A DNA stretch of 64,000 bases, from the NCBI GenBank assembly GCA_016748015.1, contig JAAOMT010000790.1, positions 137,479-201,478 on the forward strand, read 5' to 3'. Each line of letters starts with the position of its first letter. Positions within the stretch are counted from its first letter, which is position 1. Below are positions 25,700-38,391 of this stretch, in pieces. Below the pieces are notes generated by a model. The model was given only the letters and a program-made list of their open reading frames with translations, was not told the DNA's origin and ran no database searches. The stretch is from Geosiphon pyriformis uo1 (Eukaryota; Fungi; Glomeromycota). The translations under genes and the position numbers were made by a program.

Positions 25700-28600
25700 A
25701 ATATTAGCTTTTAATAAGTGAAGCCCAATCACTATCTAGTACAAAAAGCCAAACTAAGTGGCTTACACTAGATGCAACTCATACACTCCCTACATATAGC
25801 TAGCCACTTAGACCAGACAAGGCAATACTATATACCTAAAACAACACAAGGGTTACAATTTAAACCTGTAAAAAAAGGACAAAGTTGTCAATGGCCAAAA
25901 TTAACAGCAAAAGATTCGATGATACCAAGTATCTTAATCATTCCCTCTGACAGAACAGATCTGATGCAACATGACAAACCTGAGACCAAACTATTATCTA
26001 TGTTTACATCTTACCAGCCAAATTTTAAAGCGATGTAACTTAGCCAACTGCTTAACAAACCCAACAACCATGCAAAAAGCCTCCTTTTTCTCATCAAAAA
26101 TATTAACAGCTTTCTCACACCAGTCTCTAAGCATAAACCTTTTGTACAAAACTGAATACAAGCCAACATCCAAAGAGCACTGACTAAAAGTCTGCAACAT
26201 AGCAGAAGAAGACAGATCATTGACACCCAACAAAGAAGTTCAAGATGCAAAAGCTTTAACCAAAACCTCCCCCCAAATCCCAGCATTCAATGCACAAGTA
26301 AAAACATGATCAAGCAGTTCCACTTTACTACACAACAAACACAACATGCCAGGATATCTCCTATTATACAACCTCTTTCTAACTGCCACAGGCAGCCATT
26401 GGTGCACAGCTTTCATTAGATATGTATGCAAACCAGAAGATTCCTGACTAGTAAAGCCAGCAAACATATAAAAGTCAGGATGCCAAATCTTAGCCATAGT
26501 ACTCCAGTCCACACATCCAACCATATTACTCAGAACAACAACCTGATCAGGACCAGCCTTTCAATGAGCACAGTAAATAAACTGAAACACATCTCTAATA
26601 AAATGATGGGTATTGTCAAACACGGCCATAGCTTCAGTCACCAGAAAACATTCACACACTCCTATAAGCAAAGAGAACTTAGAACATGTAGCATGACTAG
26701 TAGCAGCATCAGTCACCACATTACCAGTGACTCCAGAATAGCTCTTGACTTTCACCCATCTCACAGCAAGATTTTTATCTCTAATTAAATTAAAAATGTG
26801 ATGTCTCTCTATTTAGCATGGAACACAAAAGTCAGGCATGGCCAAGAACATTTCGGATACACATGCATCAATAGCAGCCTGGCTGTTAAGATGCAATACT
26901 ACAGTACAAGAGGATGGGATGCACTTCAATGCTAGAGCAACTGCCTGGAACTCAGATAAAGTAGAAAACAATAGACCCTGAATCTTAACACCAACACTCA
27001 GATTTACAAAAAAAAAATACGCAGCAGTGCCACCAGTCACACCAGCAGTCTCAACATCTCTTAATAAACTGTCTGTATAAATGTCAAATGAACTGGACCA
27101 AATTTTATGCAAACTACTTTGAATATTAGAAAACTTTACAGAATTCAGAACATTTAGCTCAAGTAGAAGACCACCCTCAGTACAAACAGTTAACAAAGAG
27201 TCCATATTCATCAAAAACTTTAAAACAGTCACAAACTAGAAAGGAACAGGGCCTCTTAGATCCAACCTCTTCTAATGATGAAAAGTCTTCCAATCCATTA
27301 AGTAACTCTTTCTATTAAACAGTCTGTTATCAAAGGCAACACCAAAACATTTCAATGAATGAACCGAGCTAAAGTAAAGAGCATTTTTCAACACAAAAAA
27401 TATAAGAAACACACCAGAATTATAAAAAGCACTTGGCAAATTGTTAGCTAAAGACAGTTCACTATCCAAAAAAATCTTAACCACACTAACCAGAAAATTG
27501 TTTATAAGACTAACACGTAACTTAACAGAAAACTGCAAGGGATTCAATGGAGCCCAATCCAGAACTTGCAAATCCAAAAATTTATGATTGAATAAATGCC
27601 CAAAAATGCCAAGAGCATTGAAAAATGAAACCACAGTAGCTGATTTACATTTTAACTGCAATTGCTGAAAAGATTTCAAGCCATATAACAAAAAGTGATG
27701 TAATGCTTTAACTGGAAAATCATGTGACAAATGTGCTTTAGACCTAAAACCTTTCTAAATCATAGCATCTCACTTGTGGCAAACCCTTAATAAGACAAAA
27801 CTAAACTGGATTCTGTAGCTAACAATGGGCTGCAGAACAGTCACAACCAAATAGAAGAACTGCTTGTTAATAATAACCTTCCTGAGCATCACATTAACAA
27901 AAAAGCACACATCTGAATGAACTTTGATTACACTTGACTTAAACAACCCTTCAGTAGACAGAAAAATACCCAAGTACCTATGAGCTTTACTCTTTTTAGC
28001 TATTAAAATTGGCTGACCACTTATGCTTAAAGATGCCACTCTAACACCTTAATTAATAGAAATGGCCACAGTCTTTTTATTGTTAATAGAAATGTCATTG
28101 ATTGCAAAAAACTTACTAGCAATATTCAGAGCATACTGCATTGATGTTTGATAGTTACTAACTCAAATTGTATTGTCCACAAATGCACCTACAGCAAAAA
28201 AGGAGAACATCCTGCCACTAATTTCAATTCTACCAGTTCTAGCTACAAACTTAGTGTCAATTTGATAACCACACAAATGCTTATGCCTCTTAACTTTGCG
28301 TAAAAGAGAGTCATAAAAGATTCTCTAAAGAAGAGGCAAAAAGACCTCACCTTGATCCAAACCATTCCAAACTCTGTATCTACCAGTAAGACTGAAGTCT
28401 GTCATAACCCTATTTATCCTATTACTATGTATACCACCAAAAAATCTGATGAACCTATCACACATTTTGATTTAACATAAGCTAGTCTTCAAATAATATC
28501 ACCCCACAGAATCATAAGTCTTGTGTATGTTCTGAAAAACCAACCAAAGTTCCCAATCTTTTTCCAGAGCATTTTCAACTGAACCAATTGTAAACACTAG

Positions 28601-31600
28601 AGATTGGATAGATGTACTTTTTAAAACAGAAAAGTTATCACCCTGAAGAACACCAAACTTGCTGTATACAGAAAAAATCCTATCAGAAAGAATCTTAGAG
28701 AGAATTTTCCTAGCAGTCTCAATCAAAGCTATAGGCTGTGTATTTGTAAGAACTCTATCCCAATTATATGATTTAGGGATTATTGAGACCCAAGCTCTCC
28801 TTCACAAAACAGGAACACCACTAACCAACAAACATGCATTTAATAATCTCAAGAAATATCCCAACATTCTATTGCTACCACACTTCCATAGTTCATTAGG
28901 GATATCAGACAAGCCAGCTGCTTTACCATCAGGCAGATCATTGACAACTAAGAGCAACTCATTCGAACTGATGACACCCATCACATTAGAAAAAGCACAA
29001 TCTTGCACATAATTCAATGGAGCATACTAATAAGCCCAGAGATCAGGCACCACCAAAAACACCACCTGTTTCCTAATCCAATCCTCTATAATTTTATTAA
29101 CATTGAGCTTTACTTCCTTAGGTTTCAAAATTAATTCATTATTCATAGAACTACTTTGTGAGAAGGCCAATCCAAAACACTTCTAATCATGCTGCCTTTG
29201 TCAGAACAGAAATTTTTCATGCACTTCAATATTGCCAGTTTAATAGAAGCCTTCTCAGCCACTTTTGATTCATACATTTTAGATCTCCTGTATTCTTTAC
29301 AAACCAATAACAAATGTCCAAGAACTACTTTACTCTTTCCATCTAAGCCAATCAAGTTAGCAAAGACACAAGCCTTGGTGCTATCCAAAGTTGACCATGT
29401 TTTCACAAGGCAATCAACTTCAGACAAATCACCTGAAACAAACTTTTTAACAATCTTGGCAACCAACAATTTCAAACCAAAAAACTTAGAAGAAAATTTA
29501 TTTCTAGAACAATGAAACTCATTAAACCACTGTCTTGAAAATGTCTTGTCAGCTAATTCCACTATCACTCTTTTTAAAATTGCCCACATAGCATTCACAT
29601 TACTGTGAGTTTCAGCACCAAAAAATTTATTAGCAACCACCAAAAGCTTGGCAGAAAGACAATCCCTAAAACCAGTCTATTTGGGGCCATTAGCATCTTT
29701 AATTTTGAATTTTCAACAATCTTTGTTAGCCTGTTTGCGCAAGCTATTCAACCAAATATCTAGAAGTCTACCTAAGCCAATCAAAACCAAAACAGCACTA
29801 TGATCAGTGTCAAAAAAACCAGACACAGAGCAGACCTAATGACCAACAATGGCAAAAGAAAGATTTCTGCTGACAAAGATAAAATCAATTGTCTTTTCAA
29901 CTCCCCATAAATTGCTCTATGTAAGGGTCTTTTCCATATAATAATTGGTAAATAAATTGACCAAACCCAGACCCAAACAAAACTTGAAGGTTGCACTCCT
30001 TCCAGACCTATTCTTATTAAAATCTCTACCTAGAACCACAAAAGTGCTAGAATTAACAGCTTCTGCAATCAAAGAGTTCACCTCCAAAGCTTGACCAAAT
30101 CTGGTCTCAAAAGAGGCACCAGTGTACAAACCCAGAATTGTGACTGAAAGCTTGTCTTTAAACAAAAGTCGAACTGAAATAATCCTGCCAGAAATCTCTT
30201 TTATCTTAGACACATGGCAAGCCAATGAATTGTTAATAATTATAGCAATCCCAGCATTGAAAAAACCTTTATCCAAGCCAGATATGAAGACATGTACACT
30301 CTTAAACTTATTAGCAATTCAAGGCTTAATACTGGACTTCAATTTAGTTTTTGTAACAAAAAACACCATATTGCCAGAATTCGCATGCCAATACACAACA
30401 TCTATTTGCTTTGCAGGAACATTGATGTCATGAACATTGCACACAGCAAACTTCCAAACCAAACCACTCATTGGGAGAGGGAAGAAACCAAGAACCCCAA
30501 GCCAATACACAACTGATCTAACTTCACCAAAACAGAACCAATTGAGGCTTCAAGAGCCACCAACTTGGACTCCAGACAGTCCATCTTGGTAGTTAAGATT
30601 TTTGAGCTATTAAAGCCCAGAGCTGAAACAATAGAGGGAGTTGCAGGCACCACCATTGAACCATTCAAAACCATATTCAAATCTGAATCCACATTGACAA
30701 CTATTGGGACAACTGAATGGCCAAAAGAGGGAGTGGAGACCAAAGACACCAATTCCATGCTGCTGAGTTTGTGCACAATGCCAAAAACTTAGTCAGTTAA
30801 CAGCTCCAAAGATTGTTCTAAAAAGGCCAAATAAGCATCCAAAGACGAATTGCCAACCAAGACAGAAGGAAAACCATCATTCAAATCTGAAGTGCCAGAC
30901 AAAGGGGAACCAGAACCAGAAGCAAAGTGAAAACCATCAGAGGAACCAGCAAGTGAGACCACCGGGACCTAAGATTTACCACCAAAGGCAGTAGGGCAGG
31001 ATATTGGAACATATTTTTTCTCATACAACTTAGCCAACTGAAGATGACATTCATCAGACACAACTTTTTTAAATGTTTTTGAAGGCTTAGAAGAGGACAC
31101 AACAGATGCATCACATTCCAAAGCAGAGTGACCAAACTTCCCATATTTTTTATACTGAACCAGATCCATCCTTGCCCAAAAAAGTTTAATTCCACTAAGA
31201 ATTGGTTCCATGTGAAAGGCAGATTCCAGATCATTATCAGATTCAAAACCAACTACAACACAGCGAATCCTATTGCCAGTTTCTAGAGATTTGTTTATGA
31301 TGCAAGTTTTCTCACCAGCTCTTTTCAGAAGAGTCCCAAGATTATGTGCTGTTGTTCTTACTGGCAAAGTAAACAAAAGTGCTCTGAACTGATCTCTTAA
31401 TGCCCAAATTTCATGATCTTCTACTGCTTTGACTATGTACACAGAATTTTTACCAATTAGGAATAACTACTTAAAGGCTAACAAATTAGCTTGGTCCAAT
31501 TCAGTAAACTCTACTACAGCTTTTTGCCATATTCCAATCAGTTGAATTTTAATTGACTTAATTTTCCCAAATTCGGATACTACAGCAACAATCATATCTT

Positions 31601-31710
31601 TAGATGTGTTCATAGGAAGTTCTTTAATCACTACAGTCCAATCTGACCTCATTCCTTGTTTCTTAAGATTGCTGTTTATGTCAATTTTTTTTTCTCTGGC
31701 CAATAATGCG
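25700..31710 (-). mobile_element. LINE X body (rest of ORF1; ORF2 APE endonuclease-RT-RNaseH-CCHC; 3' UTR), now inverted
   Basis: MSGLVWKFAVCNV, VVLGRDFN, GKAAGLSDIPNE, QNIHKTYDSVG, AFVDNTI, RYLGIFLS, IYTDS, KVKSYSG, CLLCSKVELLDHVFTC; many stops. Confidence 0.92.
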
Positions 31711-32876
31711 AAAATCTTGGTTAACACCAATCTCAAGAAACCAATTGGTCATTCAGATCGGGCTGTGGTGGTAAAAGAAATTCCAGTTGGAACATCAGTG
31801 GAGACTGTGCATACTGTGCTTTCTGAATTTGGTTCTGTTGTGTCGATCAAAATGCAATTAGTGGGGCTATGGCAAAAGGCTGTGGTTGAATTTGCCCAAT
31901 TGGATCAGGCTGATTTGGTTGCAGCTAGATGGTCCATCTTGATTGGGAAGAATGCCGTGAAAGTAGCTAAGGCTAATTTGGACAAGAAATCATGAGACAC
32001 AAGAGATCAGCATAGGGCTTTGCTCTACACACTGCCGATGGGCACTAATGTACATGATATCTGGGATTTTATTGGTTCTATGGGTGGGAAAACATGAGTC
32101 ATCAATCGACATCCTGTTACATATGCCTAAACCAGATGTGCTATTGTCTGTTTTGACTCTATGGCTTTGATTAATGCAATTATGGGAACCACACCTGTCT
32201 TGAAGGGTGCCAATCTGCATTGGGCTTACATGAGTTCTGCCAAGTGTGCTAAGTATGGGAATTTGGGTCATATATCTCTGGGTTGTTCTGTGGGTGGGAA
32301 ACCTTCCCCTGGTAGATTAGCTCATAGGATATTGTCTGAAGATGATAAGAACAGGCTGGCTTCTATTTATGTAAGGCACTCTGCTCTAATATTCCATCCT
32401 GTGTCTTTTGGTGGCATTTCATGGGCCAATGTTGTTGGTGGGTCTTCTTTCCCTTTTCTCCTTGTACATAGTAATTTAGCTTCTTCTGGTTCCTTTTTGG
32501 GGATGAAACCTCCTCCGTTGGTGTCTGTAGAATTAAATAATAGGTTTGCTGCTCTTGAGTGTAGTTTTGCCAGCCTTGCAGAACATGTGGACAAGTTGGC
32601 TAAGAGGTTGGACTCACCTAGGCCAATGGTTTCTCAGCCTAGCCCTAGATGTCAGCTATTGGTGCCCTCTTCATCACAGAATCAAGGGGCGGATATAGTG
32701 ATGAGTAAGGGTTCAGGTGTGGCCACTGGTGGTGAAGCTATTGTGAGAGTGGCAGTTTTTGATCTTTCAGTTGTCTCTAAAATGGAGGAAACTTTGCGCA
32801 ATCTTTCAATCACAGTTATGGGTCTCTTGGCCAAAATTGACAATGCTGGTTTGGTTTTCAATGTTCATCTTTCTCA

Positions 32877-35800
32877 ATAATAGAGCTGGTTTGGAAAATT
32901 GCAACATGTAATGTTCATGGTATCAATGTCTCTGCCAAGCAGAAAGATGTTGTTTGTTGGCACAGTAATTCTGGAAATATGGTTTCTATTATTATGGAAA
33001 CAAAATTGAGGTCTAATATTAGACCTTGGATTATGAACAAGTTCAATGGAGTGAGGATATTTTCTTCTGGTTTGGACAATGGGTTTTTTAGTGCTGGAGT
33101 GATGATCATTATGAACAATTTCCTTGCTCGTCATGTTTCTAAGATTGAGAAGATACTTGGTTGTTTTCTTTCCGTTCGGCTTCTTTTTAAGAACAAATTG
33201 TCAGTTGTAATTTTGGGCCTGTATACAGGTGCTTCTGCCGAGACTAGATTTGGCCAAGCTTGTGAAATTAACTCTTTTATTGCCAAGGCTGCTAATTCTT
33301 CCACATTCATGGTTCTGAGTGGTGACTTCAATGAGAACAGATCTAGAAAGAATGCTAGTCTTAAGTTTTGCTCAGATTTGGGGTTGGTCAACTCCTTTGG
33401 TGGACATCCTCTGGCCAAAGCTTCCACTTGGGGCAATTCCCGGGGTGTTATGAAGATTATCGACTATATTTTTGTGAGCAAGAGTTTGTCATCTGCTTTG
33501 GCTGGTCATAAAATCTCTTCTGTTTCTGATTTCTTTGACACTAATCATAATGCTGTTCTGGTTTCTGTTGGTTTGAGTGGTCTCTTGGATTCCTGTCTTA
33601 ATAGTGAGTGCAAACAGGCCAATAAGAATAAGTGGAAATTCAAGATCAAGGATGCAGATGCTAATAAGTGGTTACACTTTAGGGAATGTTCTTTAGACAG
33701 GTTCTTGGGAAACATAGTTTTATTCAATGATGCAAAAGTTAATGGAAATTTGAATGCCATGTGGAGGATCCTTAAGGATGTGGTTTTTTACTCAGCAGAT
33801 AAGATGTTTTCTAAACATTGGTTTAGTGAGTTTGATTGTTCGAAAAATAAGCTATCTTTGAAGTTTTTCAAGTTGGAGTTGTTGGTGGCCAAGTTGATGA
33901 AATGTTTGAGCTTGGGTCAGATATCGAATGCTGCTTGCTTCCTCAAGGTGTGGTCTAATCTTGATAGTAAGGAGGCATCCAAAGCATGCACAATGTTTGA
34001 TGATAATGTGAGCAAGGTGAGCATTCTTCAACACCTATCAAGGGTAAAAAAATTGTACCATAAGTCTAAATACTATAAGTCTAGGGTGGCCAGAGATATT
34101 TCAATTAGGAGAGCAATAGACAAATGAATGGAAAACTTTAGCTCCAATAAAGGACTTATGATCAAGAGCATTTTGGATCGGCCATTCAAAAAAGTTGTGC
34201 TGAACCATCTGATATTGGACAATGAGTTGATTTTGGAGCCCAAGGAAGTTAAATCTGCTGTTGATAACATCATGGAGGGATGGATGAGGAAAAGAGTTGC
34301 TCCTGTTTTTCTGCCTGTTCATTGGTCTAATCAATATGCCCTCTTGGACTATATCAGTAATGATGCATTCTCAAAGGTTATGAATGTGATTAAATCGGAT
34401 GAGTTTCTCTTAGTGGTCAAAGAACTGTCTGATGGGAAAGCTGCTGGCATGTCTGGTATTCCTAATAAGCTTTGGAAGCATGGAGATACTCAGGTTCTGG
34501 GTGGTCTGCTTGACATTCTTAATGTGTGCTTAAAGTTAGGAGCAGTTTTTTTACAGTAAAAGCAAGCCTGAGTTTCCATGATATCAAAGCCCTATGATTG
34601 GGAAGGGACACTTACTAATACCAGGCCAATAGCTTTGATTAAGACAGCCAGAAAGATACTGTCTAAGATTTTTTTTGACAGAATATCTCTGGCTTGTAGT
34701 GTTTCTGATGTTTTTCGTGGGGACAATTTTTTGGTTTTAAAAAGTACATCTACTCAAACTCCTATCTTCACCATTGGTTCTATCATTGAAAATGCACTTG
34801 AGAAGAACAGGAAGCTTTGGCTAATGCTTCAGGATATGCAGAAAGCTTATGACTCAGTTGGGTGGCCCCATCTGCAAAATAGTTTAACTAGGATCAAAAT
34901 GTGCTCCCGTTTTATTGAACTTTTTGGAAATATACACAATAATCGGTCCAATTGGATAATGACAGACTTTGGTCTAACTGATGGATATGCTATTCATGAT
35001 GGGTTGGATCAAGGAAAAGTTTTTTCACCATTGTTGTGGAGGATCTTTTATGACCCTCTGTTTTGTGAAGTCAAAAGGCATGAACAATTGTACGGCTATA
35101 GGTTGAATTCTAAATTTTTTACCAAGACAGGTAAAGCTGACTCTAAGGGCAGCAAAACCTCCTTTTTTTGCAGCTAGTGTCTTTGTGGATGACACTATTT
35201 GGATTGGAAATTGTCTGGCAGCCATACAATGCATTTTGAACATTGTGAGTGAATTTTTTTCAATTAATAATATTGTTATCAACACAGACAAGACAGTTGC
35301 CATTTCTATCAATTGAGGGGCCAGGGAGGTTTCTTTGTCAATCAGTGGCTCTAGAATTTCTATTGCCAAGAAGGGTGTGTCTTACTGATACTTGGAGATT
35401 TTTTTTTCTACAGATGGCCTATTTAAGCCAAGTTTGGCCAAAGCTTATTCAGATATTAGGTTCTTTTCAAATGTTGTGCTAAGGAAGGCTGTTACTGAGA
35501 AGCAATTTTTGTATTTGGTGTCTGCTGTTTTGCAACTCATAATTGGTTACAGACTTCAGTTTAGTTGTATTTCTAAGAGTGTTTGTGAAAAGTGGGACAA
35601 AATATTGAGAAAAGAGTTAAAGCTTAAGACTAATCTACCCAAGAATTTTCCAAACGAGGCTTTGTATCATCCAGAATTATACAGTTTAAGAACTTTTGAA
35701 CAGGTGCTGGCTGAGAATATATTGGCTGGCTTGGTTGTGTTTTCGAATGCTGGTGGAATCCTTGGTAAACTATTTAAGCACAGAGCCATGGAGTTGCAGG

Positions 35801-37555
35801 CCATTAGCTGGATGCCCCAGCACCCTCTAAGAGTTCTGATCAATTTGTTGATTAATCCCACAAATTGTTTTTTGGCTGGTGCGACACGTGTTCTCAAGTT
35901 GTACAACCTCTTATTGGGTGGTAATCTGCCTGATGTTTTTCAGGCCAAGAATAGTATTGCAGTTTTAGACGTGCTTGGTTTGGAGTCTTATTTGTGTATG
36001 GCAAAATCTCTTAAGAGGTATGGCATAGTGTTCATTCATTAGCTTTTGGACTACCAAGGTGCTTGTTTTGAGTAGAACACTTTTTGCAAATGGAAGAAGC
36101 TGGACCTTAGAGGCCTGGTTCCTGTTTGGTTCGTCTTGTTGGTTGAATTTATTAAAGAAGGCAGTTTGTTGAATCGTGTGGTGTTGTCTCATTGTTCAGC
36201 TCTCGCTGACTCTCCTTATGACTTTGGTTATGTTAATAAGCATCTGCTGAATTCTGATTTGGGTTCTATGACTGTCTATACAGATGGTTCCGTCAAAAGT
36301 TTGGGTTTGTTGGATGCTTGTGATGGTGCTGCCGCCTACTTTCTGGATGCTAACATTAGCATTGGGGTCAGGGTGGATGGGTTGTTATCCTCAACTTTGG
36401 TGGAGCTGCAAGCCATTGTACTAGCTTTAGAGTGTGTGCCCGCTTCTCGGTCTGTTGTTTTGTTTATTGACAGTCAGGCCTTACTGGACTTGTGCGAATC
36501 TGGCGGTGGTGTGTTTAGTTCTGATTTTCATGACAAATGCTGGATTGAGAAAGAATATATTTGCTGTGTTATCTCTAGAAAAGACTTGTCGGTTATGTGG
36601 AACAAAGTCAAGGGTCATTCTGGTGTTGTTGGGAATGAACGTGCCAATTTCTATGCTGATACCACTGTTGCCTCTAGGTTTTTTCTGCCCCTTGTGGTTC
36701 TTTATCGCTTTCTAAGAGTTGAGGACAAGCCTGTCTCCAGAAATGCTTGTCATGTTGCCAAAAAATTGTTTAACACTATTCACTCTGTTGGTTGGGAGGC
36801 CAAATGTGTTGGTAGCTTTGTTAAAATGAGTCTCTGTGACCATTTTGATAAGGCCAATACCTTTTGTGTTTGGCATCCTGATAGCAAGATCAAATCTGGC
36901 TACACCAGTAGTGCATCAGCGACACTTCAGTCATATTTTATGAAAGCATTCCACTACTGCTTACCAGTGGCCAAAAGAAAAAAATTGTATGATCTGAAAT
37001 ATCCAATAATTGTATGCATTCGGTGTGGATTGGTGAAGGACTCCAATCACATGTTTTCCTGCACTCATAATGCCAATGTTCAGGAAACTTTGTTGTCAGA
37101 CACTTCTATGGAGTGGAATGCAGTGTTAAGAATTGCTGCCGATAGGAATGTGATTGCTAATTTGCTGCATGAGGCTGGGTCTTCCATCAACCTATTCACA
37201 GCACTGGCTAAAGGTTTTGTGTTGAAAGGCTGGGTGGCTGACACGGTAAGCCATTTGGGTACTGGTTTTGGTGAGAGTGCGTTGGTTGTCAATTTCGTTC
37301 GTTATTTTGCTAAGAGTCACAGATCAGCTATTTGGATACCAACAGCTAAGTTGAGATCCTATTATGAAAAGCATAACCTTCTACCACGAGACAGCTCCTT
37401 TCTTTTGTCAGTGTCTGGTCTGTCTTCCTTGTGGTCTGCTGGGTCAATCTGAGATTTTGGTTTCAGGTTGGGTGTTCAGATTGCACCCGTGCCTTACAAA
37501 ATCAGACTTTGGTTTCTTAAGTGGTTTTCCTGTAGTGGAAGTTCTGGATACATAG
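32877..37555 (+). pseudogene. LINE Y ORF2: APE endonuclease, reverse transcriptase, RNase H, CCHC finger (disrupted by stops and frameshifts)
   Basis: KIATCNV, IMETKL, SGDFN, IDYIF, TNHNAV; RPIALI, QDMQKAYDSV, DGLDQG..SPLLW, FVDD; VYTDGS, ELQAI, DSQA, KVKGHSG..GNERA; CIRCG..DSNHMFSC. Confidence 0.92.
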
Positions 37556-38391
37556 CGCTGTCTTGGTTGGCCCAAGTGGCTAGTCACATGTAGAAAAAGC
37601 ATGAGCCACGCTTAATTTAGATTCTGTNNNNNNNNNNNNNNNNNNNNGCAAGATCAAATCTGGCTACACCAGTAGTGCATCAGCGACACTTCAGTCATAT
37701 TTTATGAAAGCATTCCACTACTGCTTACCAGTGGCCAAAAGAAAAAAATTGTATGATCTGAAATATCCAATAATTGTATGCATTCGGTGTGGATTGGTGA
37801 AGGACTCCAATCACATGTTTTCCTGCACTCATAATGCCAATGTTCAGGAAACTTTGTTGTCAGACACTTCTATGGAGTGGAATGCAGTGTTAAGAATTGC
37901 TGCCGATAGGAATGTGATTGCTAATTTGCTGCATGAGGCTGGGTCTTCCATCAACCTATTCACAGCACTGGCTAAAGGTTTTGTGTTGAAAGGCTGGGTG
38001 GCTGACACGGTAAGCCATTTGGGTACTGGTTTTGGTGAGAGTGCGTTGGTTGTCAATTTCGTTCGTTATTTTGCTAAGAGTCACAGATCAGCTATTTGGA
38101 TACCAACAGCTAAGTTGAGATCCTATTATGAAAAGCATAACCTTCTACCACGAGACAGCTCCTTTCTTTTGTCAGTGTCTGGTCTGTCTTCCTTGTGGTC
38201 TGCTGGGTCAATCTGAGATTTTGGTTTCAGGTTGGGTGTTCAGATTGCACCCGTGCCTTACAAAATCAGACTTTGGTTTCTTAAGTGGTTTTCCTGTAGT
38301 GGAAGTTCTGGATACATAGCGCTGTCTTGGTTGGCCCAAGTGGCTAGTCACATGTAGAAAAAGCATGAGCCACGCTTAATTTAGATTCTGT
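36884..38391. other. Assembly gap (20 N, 37628-37647) flanked by identical 744-bp copies
   Basis: 36884-37627 and 37648-38391 read as identical and abut the N run. Confidence 0.9.

Noticed and set aside
32979-37452. Programmed readthrough or alternative genetic code explaining in-frame stops in ORF2
   Set aside because: Stops differ between copies and arise from CGA/CAA/CAG/TGG by C->T or G->A changes; host genes use the standard code.
36884-38391. Tandem duplication of the LINE Y 3' end
   Set aside because: The copies are identical in a region where all true duplicates have diverged, and they directly flank a 20-N gap; unmerged contig overlap.
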